From: an uncultured Candidatus Peribacteria bacterium
GTDB taxonomy: Bacteria > Patescibacteriota > Gracilibacteria > Peribacterales > Peribacteraceae
DNA: 40,360 nt
Assembly (NCBI GenBank): GCA_964348685.1
Contig: CAYGDM010000001.1
Span: 1-40,360, forward strand
Direction of reading: 5' to 3'
Of the stretch, positions 33,022 to 40,360 are shown one piece after another; position 1 is the stretch's first letter, and the number at the start of each line of letters is the position of its first letter. The notes beneath the pieces are model-generated. The model ran no database searches and was not told the origin of the DNA. It saw nothing but the letters and a program-made list of their open reading frames with translations. Position numbers and translations under genes: made by a program.

Positions 33022-34296
33022 ATGTCCCTGCACACGCTCATGTTCGGATGGGAATATCCCCCGCTCCATACGGGGGGTCTCGGCGTCGCGTGCCAGGGCC
33101 TCGTTCGAGGTCTCACGAAAAATGGCGTGAAGGTCACGCTCGTGCTCCCGATGGATTTGCAGAGCCACCCCGACGCACACATGCTCCGCGGCCCCGCCGA
33201 CGCGACGGGCACGATCGAGCTTGATGAAGCGAGCGTGCGCTTCGTGCAGAGCGGGCTACAACCCTACGAAGGGTTCGCGGACTACGCGCAACGCATGAAC
33301 ATGCTCAGCGCGCAGAACGTCGCCGCGCCCGGTCAGTCGATCGCGGACCTCTACGGCCCCGACCTCGGCGAAGCCGTCTGGCGCTACGCCGAACAGAGCG
33401 TCGCCGTGACGAAGGACCTCCACCCCGACGTGATCCACTGCCACGACTGGATGACCTACGAAGCGGGCATCAGGGCCTCGAAGTACCACCGCGTCCCCCT
33501 CGTCGCGCACATCCACGCCACGGAGCTCGACCGTACGCACATGCAGCCCAACCAGTGGATCGCCGATCAGGAGCGCAACGGTTTCCTGATGGCCGACCGC
33601 ATCGTCGCCGTGAGCAACTACACGAAGAACATCCTCGTGCAGCACTACGGCATCAACCCGCACAAGATCTCGGTCGTCTACAACGGCCACGACGTGCCGG
33701 CCGGCAGCAACCTCCACATGCGCCACAAGAACATCGTCACCGACGCGAAGAAAAAGCGCGCGCCGCTCGTGCTCTTCCTCGGCCGCATGACCACGCAGAA
33801 GAACCCGGTTCTGTTCCTCGAGGTCGCAAAACTCGTGACCGACGCCAAGCCCGACGTGCAGTTCGTTATGGCCGGCGACGGCGGCATGCTCCAGGAGCTC
33901 GTCGACCAGTCGTGTCGCATGGGCCTCGGCGAAAACGTGATCTTCACCGGCAAAGTCGGCAAGCGCGAAGCGGAACAGCTTTACCGCCAAGCGGACTGCT
34001 TCGTGATGCCCTCGGTCAGCGAACCGTTCGGCTTGGTCGCTCTCGAGGCGATCGCTCACGGCACGCCGGTGATCCTCAGCAAGCAGTCCGGTGCCGCCGA
34101 GGTATGCGACCACGCGTTCAAAGTTGACTACTGGGACAAGGCGAAGATGGCCGACTGCATCCTCACAGTCCTCCGCGAGGAACCGCTGGCGCGCCAACTA
34201 CGCTCGGAAGCGCCGAGCATCCTCAAGCGCCTCAACTGGAAAAACCAGGCCGGCGAAGTGGCCTCCCTTTATAAACACATGCTCTCTTCCCTCTAA
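33022..34296 (+). CDS. GT-B glycosyltransferase, glycogen/alpha-glucan synthase-like (GT4/GT5)
   Basis: FGWEYPPLHTGGLGVACQGL at the N-terminus and PSVSEPFGLVALEAIAHGTPVI (E-x7-E) at the C-terminus. Sits within the glucan operon. Confidence 0.8.
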   Translation: MSLHTLMFGWEYPPLHTGGLGVACQGLVRGLTKNGVKVTLVLPMDLQSHPDAHMLRGPADATGTIELDEASVRFVQSGLQPYEGFADYAQRMNMLSAQNVAAPGQSIADLYGPDLGEAVWRYAEQSVAVTKDLHPDVIHCHDWMTYEAGIRASKYHRVPLVAHIHATELDRTHMQPNQWIADQERNGFLMADRIVAVSNYTKNILVQHYGINPHKISVVYNGHDVPAGSNLHMRHKNIVTDAKKKRAPLVLFLGRMTTQKNPVLFLEVAKLVTDAKPDVQFVMAGDGGMLQELVDQSCRMGLGENVIFTGKVGKREAEQLYRQADCFVMPSVSEPFGLVALEAIAHGTPVILSKQSGAAEVCDHAFKVDYWDKAKMADCILTVLREEPLARQLRSEAPSILKRLNWKNQAGEVASLYKHMLSSL

Positions 34297-34300
34297 TCGT

Positions 34301-35587
34301 ATGGCTCAGCGCGTTTGCTTCTACTTCCAAGTCCACCAGCCATACCGGCTGAAGGACCTGCGATACACCGACGTCGGCACCGACGCGCAGTACTTCGACG
34401 AAGAAAAAAACAGGGCGATCTTCCGGAAGGTATCCGAAAAGTGCTACCTGCCGACGAACGCGACGATGCTGAAGATGCTCAAAGAAAACCCAGGCTTCCA
34501 CGTGTCATACTCGCTCTCAGGCGTGTTCCTCGACCAGTGCATCGAATACGGACCGGACGTGCTGCGCTCGTTCCAGGAGCTGGCCGAGACAGGCCAGGTC
34601 GAGTTCCTCGCTGAGACCTACTACCACTCGCTGTGCAGCATCAAATCGCTCGGCGAATTCTGCGAACAAGTCACGAAGCACTCGCGCATGATCCAGAAAC
34701 TCTTCGGCCAGACGCCGACCGTCTTCCGCAACACCGAGCTTATCTTCAACAACGAGATCGCCCAGGTCGCCCGCCTCATGGGCTTCGAAGGCATCGTGAC
34801 CGAAGGCACCGACCGCCACCTCGCCGGCCGCACGCCGAACGTCCCCCACCGCACGCCGACCTTCCGCCTGCCCCGCGCGGCCGAAGCCGTCATCGCGAAG
34901 AAGCGCCCCCACGCGAAAGCCGCACGCACGATCGACGTGCTCCTGAAGAACTACAAACTCAGCGACGACGTCGCCTTCCGTTTCTCGGATAAAAACTGGT
35001 CCTGCCACCCGTTGCACTCCGACACCTACGCCAACTGGGTGATCGACACCCCTGGCCACAGCGTGAACCTCTTCATGGACTACGAAACCTTTGGCGAACA
35101 CCAGTGGGCCGACACGGGCATCTTCCAATTCCTCGCGTCGCTCCCCCATCAGTTCGCAGCCCGCGGCATCCGCGCCTGCACGCCGAGCCAGGTGATCGAA
35201 GAGTGGGACGCCGTGCATCCAACCTACGACGTGCACAACACAATTTCGTGGGCCGATACCGAACGCGACCTCTCGGCCTGGCAAGGAAACGTGATCCAGA
35301 ACGCATCGCTCGAGGCTATCTACAACATCGAAAAAGCCGTGAAGGCCACGAAAGACGCAAGCCTCATCGACACGTGGCGCAAGCTCCAGACCTCGGACCA
35401 CTTCTACTACATGTGCACGAAGTACTGGGCCGACGGCGACGTGCACAAGTACTTCAGCCCGTACGACTCGCCCTACGAAGCATACCGCCGCTTCAGCCAT
35501 GCGATGGCCCACCTACGCGCGCAGGTCGCCGCACGCGACGCCGGCAAGAAATCCCGCCGCATCAACCATTCATCCCCCACCGTCTAA
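34301..35587 (+). CDS. glycoside hydrolase family 57 (alpha-amylase / glucan-branching type)
   Basis: FYFQVHQPYRL and FMDYETFGEH regions are typical of GH57. ATG 34301 lies 4 nt after the upstream stop. The track start at 34091 is a spurious extension. Confidence 0.85.
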   Translation: MAQRVCFYFQVHQPYRLKDLRYTDVGTDAQYFDEEKNRAIFRKVSEKCYLPTNATMLKMLKENPGFHVSYSLSGVFLDQCIEYGPDVLRSFQELAETGQVEFLAETYYHSLCSIKSLGEFCEQVTKHSRMIQKLFGQTPTVFRNTELIFNNEIAQVARLMGFEGIVTEGTDRHLAGRTPNVPHRTPTFRLPRAAEAVIAKKRPHAKAARTIDVLLKNYKLSDDVAFRFSDKNWSCHPLHSDTYANWVIDTPGHSVNLFMDYETFGEHQWADTGIFQFLASLPHQFAARGIRACTPSQVIEEWDAVHPTYDVHNTISWADTERDLSAWQGNVIQNASLEAIYNIEKAVKATKDASLIDTWRKLQTSDHFYYMCTKYWADGDVHKYFSPYDSPYEAYRRFSHAMAHLRAQVAARDAGKKSRRINHSSPTV

Positions 35588-37629
35588 TGCCTCGCTCCCT
35601 CATGCTCGGCAACGGCTCGCTGCTCGCGACGTTCGATGCGCGGCTCCAGATGCGCGACCTCTACTTCCCGTACGTCGGAAAAGAAGACCACACGACGTTC
35701 GGCAAGGTGCACCGCATCGGCGCCTTCGTGGAAGGCCGCGGCTTCGCATGGTTCGACGACCCCTCGTGGCAGATCGAACCCGGCTACAAACTCGAAACGA
35801 TCGTCGGTCAGTCGAAGCTCCATAACGACCACCTCGGCATCGCGATCGATCTGGAAGACGCCGTACACCCGGTGCACAACGTCCTCATCCGCCGGTTCAC
35901 CATCCGCTCGCTCGACCAGGAAAAGAAAGTCGTGAAGATGTTTTTCAACCACGACCTCTACATCTACGGCGACAAACAAAAAGACACAGCCTTCTACGAG
36001 CCCTACACCAACAGCGTCATCCACTACCGCGACGAGCGGTACTTCCTGATCGGCGGCGACACCACCGCGCCGCAAGAATGCGCAGTCGGACACCGCGGCT
36101 CGCCGTTCGACTCGGTCCTCCACAGCAAGTCGAAGACCACGAGCTGCGGCATCTCGTCGTTCACGGTCGGCAAGAGTAACTATCGCGGCCTCGAAGGCAC
36201 CTGGCGTGACGCCGAAGACGGCATCCTCAGCGGCCACCCGATCGAACAGGGATCGGTCGACTCCACGGTCGGCATCCACTCGATCGTCGAACCCGGTGCC
36301 GAAGCCACGGTCACGCTGTGGCTGTGCGTCGGCACGAACCTCGACGAAGTCATCAAGCTCCAAGAATGCGTCGTGGAAGAAACGCCCGAACGGCTGCTCC
36401 GTAACGCCACCAACTACTGGAAGAGCTGGGTGAACAAGCGCCGCATCGACTTCGGATCGCTCGACACCCGCACGATCGAACTCTACAAGCGCAGCCTCCT
36501 CCAAGTGCGCCTCCACGCCGACAACGGCGGCGGCATCTTGGCCGCGGCCGACGCCGATATCATGGCCTTCAACCGCGATACCTACACCTACGTCTGGCCC
36601 CGCGACGGCGCGTTCATCTGCACCGCGCTCGACCGCGCCGGCTACGGCGAAGTGAGCCACCGGTTCTTCGAATTCTGCATCCGCGCCCAAACCGCCGACG
36701 GCTACATGCTCCACAAGTACAACCCGGACGGCTCGGTCGGCTCATCGTGGCACGCATGGTTCAAGAACGGCGAATCACAGCTGCCGATCCAGGAAGACGA
36801 AACCGCGCTCGTGCTCTACGCGATGCAAAAGCACTTCGAACAAGACCAGGACTTCGAATTCCTGCAGCGCTTATATGAATCGTTTGTAAAGAAAGCGGCG
36901 CAGTTCTTGTGCGACTTCCGCGAGGAGGGCACGGGCCTCCCCTTGCCGAGCTACGACCCGTGGGAAGAACAGCGCGGCATCTTCACCTACACGATCGCAA
37001 CGGTCATCGCGGGCCTCCACGCCGCGGCCCAGATGGCCCAGATGCTGGGCCACCATGCCCACTCGGAACGCTACCACCACGTGGCAGACGAGATGAAACA
37101 AGCGCTTTTCTTCCACCTCTACGACGAGAAAGAAGGCCGGTTCCTCAAGAAGATCGTCCGCAAGGACGGCAAGACCATCGAGCGCGACAACACCCCGGAC
37201 GCATCGATCACGGCGCTCTGGAAACTCGGCGTCTTACCCGTCGAAGACCCGCGTGTCGTCTCGACGATGGACGCCCTCGATCGCATGCTCACGGTGAAAA
37301 CGTCCGTCGGCGGCTGGGCCCGCTACACCAACGACACCTACCACTTCCCGGGCCAACCGACGGAAGAAGCCACGGGCAACCCGTGGATCATCACGACGCT
37401 CTGGAAGGCGCAGTGGATCATCGCCCGTGCCCGCACGAAAGACGACCTGACGAAGGCGCGCGCACTCATGGACTGGGTCGTCCGCTCTGCTACATCCACC
37501 GGCATCCTCGCTGAGCAGCTCCACGCCTACACGGGCGAACCGCTCTCGGTGGCGCCGCTCACGTGGAGCCACGCGACCTTCGTCGAGACGGTGCTTCTGT
37601 ACGTGGAGGCCGAAGCGCGTGTAGGATGA
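35587..37629 (+). CDS. glycoside hydrolase family 15 (glucoamylase/glucodextranase-like)
   Basis: YTYVWPRDGAF and SYDPWEEQRG (catalytic WEE region) in an (alpha/alpha)6 catalytic domain after a beta-rich N-domain. The start overlaps the GH57 stop (TAATG). Confidence 0.9.
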   Translation: MPRSLMLGNGSLLATFDARLQMRDLYFPYVGKEDHTTFGKVHRIGAFVEGRGFAWFDDPSWQIEPGYKLETIVGQSKLHNDHLGIAIDLEDAVHPVHNVLIRRFTIRSLDQEKKVVKMFFNHDLYIYGDKQKDTAFYEPYTNSVIHYRDERYFLIGGDTTAPQECAVGHRGSPFDSVLHSKSKTTSCGISSFTVGKSNYRGLEGTWRDAEDGILSGHPIEQGSVDSTVGIHSIVEPGAEATVTLWLCVGTNLDEVIKLQECVVEETPERLLRNATNYWKSWVNKRRIDFGSLDTRTIELYKRSLLQVRLHADNGGGILAAADADIMAFNRDTYTYVWPRDGAFICTALDRAGYGEVSHRFFEFCIRAQTADGYMLHKYNPDGSVGSSWHAWFKNGESQLPIQEDETALVLYAMQKHFEQDQDFEFLQRLYESFVKKAAQFLCDFREEGTGLPLPSYDPWEEQRGIFTYTIATVIAGLHAAAQMAQMLGHHAHSERYHHVADEMKQALFFHLYDEKEGRFLKKIVRKDGKTIERDNTPDASITALWKLGVLPVEDPRVVSTMDALDRMLTVKTSVGGWARYTNDTYHFPGQPTEEATGNPWIITTLWKAQWIIARARTKDDLTKARALMDWVVRSATSTGILAEQLHAYTGEPLSVAPLTWSHATFVETVLLYVEAEARVG

Positions 37630-38426
37630 CACCCGTGCACTCCGCGCGGTTCCTCATCGGTGCGACGCTCATCTGCCTCCCCCTCCTTTGCTCCGCCCAG
37701 GACACGGGCAGCGGCGACGTGGTGACGGGTTCGGGTGAAACGACCATGACGGTCGGGGGACGTCTCGCTCTTTTAGCCGAAGGCGGCATGTTTCCGGAGC
37801 GATTTACGATGAAAGACACCGTTCGTTCGGCATGGACCGCTGAGGTGAAGCGCTATGCGGAACGCTCGACCGAACTACGCATCCGCTGCAACGAAGAGAT
37901 CCGCAAGGCCAACCGCGACACGATCGCAAGCAAGGCGTCGCAGTGCCTCCGCAGCGACCTTCTTCTTGAAATCGGACACCGGCGCAAGCAGCACGACAAC
38001 ATCGCGGCCACGCCGGGCATCACCTATCTGCCGGACGAATCTATCAATGCATGGATCGATGCGGCAACGTCGATCATCGACGGCGTGGATGCGGGCGTGT
38101 TCACAAACGTGGACATGATGAAAGAAGCGAAGCGCAACCTGCACGAAACGTACCGCATGCCGATGCTGACCGACATCAGCATGTCGCGCCTCGACAGCCT
38201 TGGCGCCATCATCCGCTCGTTTGCGTTCGTCGTGCAGAGCGTGGAACAGGAATGGAGCGAAGAGGATCTCAGATCGATCGTCGCATGCCTCGAAGAAGCT
38301 GCTGCTCGGCAAAACATGTCGATGGTTGAGCCCACATCGGTGACGTCGGTCGCGATCAGGGTGCGCTCGACGCTCTCCGCGGTGCGCACGTGCGCCGATC
38401 TGATCGAAGACCTCGCGAAGGCCTGA
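37626..38426 (+). CDS. secreted hypothetical protein (266 aa, helical)
   Basis: Signal peptide MTPVHSARFLIGATLICLPLLCSA|QD. The ATG overlaps the GH15 stop (ATGA). No family recognised. Confidence 0.6.
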   Translation: MTPVHSARFLIGATLICLPLLCSAQDTGSGDVVTGSGETTMTVGGRLALLAEGGMFPERFTMKDTVRSAWTAEVKRYAERSTELRIRCNEEIRKANRDTIASKASQCLRSDLLLEIGHRRKQHDNIAATPGITYLPDESINAWIDAATSIIDGVDAGVFTNVDMMKEAKRNLHETYRMPMLTDISMSRLDSLGAIIRSFAFVVQSVEQEWSEEDLRSIVACLEEAAARQNMSMVEPTSVTSVAIRVRSTLSAVRTCADLIEDLAKA

Positions 38427-38538
38427 GAGAGGTGTTTGCCATAAATAATTTTTGTTGTATAAAAATATAACTACAACGCATAGAGAAAACAAAAACAACT
38501 GGTTCATCGTGCTCCGACCTCCTACCGTTGTGGGTCCC

Positions 38539-39231
38539 ATGACGCCCCGCTTCCGCCACAAGATCGAGCGCACCCGGAACAAGCATTCCAGGGCCGTGTA
38601 CCAGGGAAATACGATCATTATTCGCCTTGCCCGGAACCTCTCCCGGACGGAGGAACAAGAACATATCCGCAACCTGCTGCGGCGCATGGCGCACCTGATT
38701 TTGCTGGATCGCGAGAAAACGCTCATTGATCCGTTCCGCCCCCTGCTCGACGGCGCGAGCTCGATGAAGCTGAAAGTCGGACGCAAAACCGTGACGTTCT
38801 GGCTGCGACCCGGCGAGAAAACGAAAGCGATGCGCGTGCGCGGAGGATGGAAAGTGTTCGTGAGTCCGGGCATCCGCCGCCGCTCGCTCCATCGCTTCCT
38901 CTGGAAGATAGTCGCGCGCGATGCGGACGCGCATCTCCTCGCGCTACTCAAGAAACTGAACCGCGAAACGTACCGCGCGCGGATCACTGAAATGAAAGTC
39001 CAATTCGCCACGACACAGTGGGGCAGCTGCGCACCGCGCGGACGGATCATGCTCAACACCGCATTAATCTTCCTGCCGCCCCGGCTGCAACGCTACGTCA
39101 TCATCCACGAGCTGGCGCACACACGCCGTGCCGACCACTCCGCCGCGTACTGGCGCGAGGTGGAAGCGATGCTCCCGGGCTACAACGCGGACTACCGCGA
39201 CCTCCAGAACTATCGGCTTCCGACGCCGTAA
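38539..39231 (+). CDS. YgjP-like (DUF45, M48-like) zinc metallopeptidase
   Basis: QWGSCAPRGRIMLN and the zinc motif VIIHELAHTRRADHS are typical of the family. Start set at ATG 38539. Confidence 0.8.
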   Translation: MTPRFRHKIERTRNKHSRAVYQGNTIIIRLARNLSRTEEQEHIRNLLRRMAHLILLDREKTLIDPFRPLLDGASSMKLKVGRKTVTFWLRPGEKTKAMRVRGGWKVFVSPGIRRRSLHRFLWKIVARDADAHLLALLKKLNRETYRARITEMKVQFATTQWGSCAPRGRIMLNTALIFLPPRLQRYVIIHELAHTRRADHSAAYWREVEAMLPGYNADYRDLQNYRLPTP

Positions 39232-39235
39232 GAAG

Positions 39236-39433
39236 ATGCCTCCCCGTGAGTCTGCTACTATCGAAGGCAGCCTCTTTCTCCCCCCTCCCATGAAAACAAC
39301 GACCACCTGGTTCGGCGACGGCGATGACGACGAGGAAGAATCAAAGGGTGGCCCAGAAGCCGGCAACTACGAACCGCCGAAAGACATGCCCATCCCCGGT
39401 GAAACGGAGGGATTGGATAACAGCAAGCAATAG
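39236..39433 (+). CDS. possible small acidic protein (65 aa; alternative ATG at 39290 gives 47 aa)
   Basis: Short ORF with a DGDDDEEE acidic run. There is no SD and no homology I can recognise. It may not be a real gene. Confidence 0.25.
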   Translation: MPPRESATIEGSLFLPPPMKTTTTWFGDGDDDEEESKGGPEAGNYEPPKDMPIPGETEGLDNSKQ

Positions 39434-39468
39434 TCCGGCTTCACTCTGAGCTTCGCCGAGACTCGTCC

Positions 39469-40023
39469 TTACTTCGTGTCGTGCCGCGTCGGCGGATTTT
39501 CAAGCTGATCCATGCGGCGCTGCATGCGCTCAGCCGCTGCTTTGATCAAATCGACGCGATTGTTGCCTTCCTTAACCGCCTGCTCACAGAGGGCCTGGAA
39601 ACCCGGCAAAAGGAAGTCGAGATCACGCGGACACTGACCATTGCGCTCGGCACGGCGAAGAACGCTCTTCTGGTAGCCACTGAGCTGTTCGAGCGTCGCG
39701 CTGACCACCTCATCGGCGGCGTCCTTCATCTCTTCAACCGGAAGCCAATAGGTCTTCAGGGCGTCGTAGTCGTTCGGATCCGGGCACGCATTCGTTTCCC
39801 CGGCGGCTTCGCGCTGCGCGCAGTCGCGGAGGATCGACCATCGCAGGCGACGGAGCTTCGACTGATCCTCACGGTCTTCGTATGCGTTCCTGATCGCTTC
39901 CGCGGTCACGTTGCCTTCCAGCGGAACGTCGAACGACGTCGGCGTCACGATCGGGAACATCGCCATGAGGGCGAAGAGTCCGCCGAGGACGTACTCACGC
40001 TGTGAAAATTTGTAGTGCATCAT
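39469..40023 (-). CDS. hypothetical membrane-anchored/secreted helical protein (184 aa)
   Basis: N-terminal hydrophobic segment LGGLFALMAMFPIV, then a charged helical region with 4 Cys. Same strand as trpS and 50 nt downstream of it. Confidence 0.55.
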   Translation of the reverse strand: MMHYKFSQREYVLGGLFALMAMFPIVTPTSFDVPLEGNVTAEAIRNAYEDREDQSKLRRLRWSILRDCAQREAAGETNACPDPNDYDALKTYWLPVEEMKDAADEVVSATLEQLSGYQKSVLRRAERNGQCPRDLDFLLPGFQALCEQAVKEGNNRVDLIKAAAERMQRRMDQLENPPTRHDTK

Positions 40024-40073
40024 ACGACTGGGAGGAATGTGTGTATTCCCCTCAGTATACCGGAAACGGCCTT

Positions 40074-40360
40074 TTACCGCAATCCCACTGCCTTCCGCAC
40101 TTTCTCCATGGTTGGTTGGGCCACGGACTTCGCCTTGGCGGCACCATCGGCCAAAACGGCCGCAACATCGTCGTTGGACAGTTTCTCCCGCTTCTCGCGC
40201 ATCGGCCGGACGAAATCGAGATATGCCTCCAAAAGACGCTTCTTGGCGTCACCGTATGCGATGCCATTGCGATAATCGTCGGCGAGGGCCTTCGCCTCTG
40301 CCGGGCTGAGGAGTAGCTGGTGGATCTTGTAGACCGTGCAGGTATCAGGGTCCTTCGGTT
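40074..40360 (-). CDS. trpS: tryptophan--tRNA ligase, C-terminal fragment (5' part lies beyond the window)
   Basis: My own translation of the minus strand in the frame missing from the track (no start codon in the window): ..DPDTCTVYKIHQLLLSPAEAKALADDYRNGIAYGDAKKRLLEAYLDFVRPMREKREKLSNDDVAAVLADGAAKAKSVAQPTMEKVRKAVGLR*. This matches the TrpRS C-terminal pattern (Y..G..YG..K..L......P.R........V..VL..GA.KA...A......V..A.GL). Confidence 0.8.
   Translation of the reverse strand, partial: PKDPDTCTVYKIHQLLLSPAEAKALADDYRNGIAYGDAKKRLLEAYLDFVRPMREKREKLSNDDVAAVLADGAAKAKSVAQPTMEKVRKAVGLR

Noticed and set aside
38427-38538. AT-rich 110-bp spacer with a GTTGTA...TACAAC inverted repeat, considered as a small RNA gene or regulatory element.
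   Set aside because: It has only a 6-bp stem, with no convincing promoter/terminator pair and no recognisable RNA family features. It is most simply the promoter and leader region of the YgjP-like gene.
1-40360. CRISPR arrays, rRNA genes, IS elements and large tandem or dispersed DNA repeats.
   Set aside because: Reading the intergenic regions on both strands showed no regularly spaced direct repeats, no transposase-like ORFs with terminal inverted repeats, and no rRNA-like segments. The only repeated DNA motif is the 9-nt promoter element TGCTATAAT.
1-40360. Alternative genetic code (UGA recoded, as in some candidate phyla).
   Set aside because: Well-recognised proteins end at TGA at family-typical C-termini (AI-2E 3551-3553, PrgI-like 7124-7126, glgP 25126-25128, GH15 37627-37629). 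No recognisable gene is interrupted by an in-frame TGA.

Overview
Gene-dense bacterial chromosome segment. GC is high in core genes: hand-counted 60-nt lines give about 63% in clpC, against 42-53% in several envelope and orphan genes. It reads cleanly under the standard code. TGA, TAA and TAG all terminate recognisable proteins, so there is no sign of UGA recoding. I call about 45 protein genes and one tRNA-Gly(UCC). I found no rRNA, CRISPR array, transposase or integrase. Many long antisense or alternative-frame ORFs in the track are high-GC artefacts. Housekeeping genes: dus, clpC, rpsA, yidD, a partial trpS, a HIT protein, a HAD hydrolase, an AI-2E transporter and a YihY/BrkB protein. Accessory blocks: (1) scattered type-IV-secretion-like membrane parts, namely a VirB2/TrbC-like pilin, a PrgI/VirB3-like protein and a stand-alone VirB4 N-terminal-domain protein with no ATPase. 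(2) An ArsR-SRPBCC-SRPBCC-DUF1428 operon, plus a third SRPBCC gene coupled to a DNPH1/Rcl-like hydrolase. (3) Envelope genes: an LtaS-like sulfatase-fold protein, a PRMT-like methyltransferase, a GT2 and a PQQ sugar dehydrogenase lipoprotein. (4) An alpha-glucan locus (GT35 phosphorylase, GT-B synthase, GH57, GH15). This locus is split by a lower-GC module with three parts: a GtrB-like::processive-GT2 fusion, a GT-C-like membrane protein, and a divergently transcribed 1206-aa membrane-anchored protein whose FAD-oxidoreductase motifs are separated by about 650 residues of unknown sequence. That module is my best candidate for an undescribed system. The motor-less VirB3/VirB4-NTD pair and the bacterial PRMT-like enzyme come next. 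Regulatory signals visible by eye: a recurring extended -10 promoter (TGnTAnAAT), four times placed exactly 6 nt before the ATG, which implies leaderless mRNAs; a CIRCE-like inverted repeat upstream of clpC; an 18-bp perfect palindrome at the start of the glucan operon; and several intrinsic terminators. The gene mix (PrgI/TrbC-like genes among housekeeping genes, a 4-domain S1, GH57/GH15/GT35 sugar metabolism, few SD sequences) suggests a Patescibacteria/CPR-like or similarly reduced lineage. That placement is inference only.
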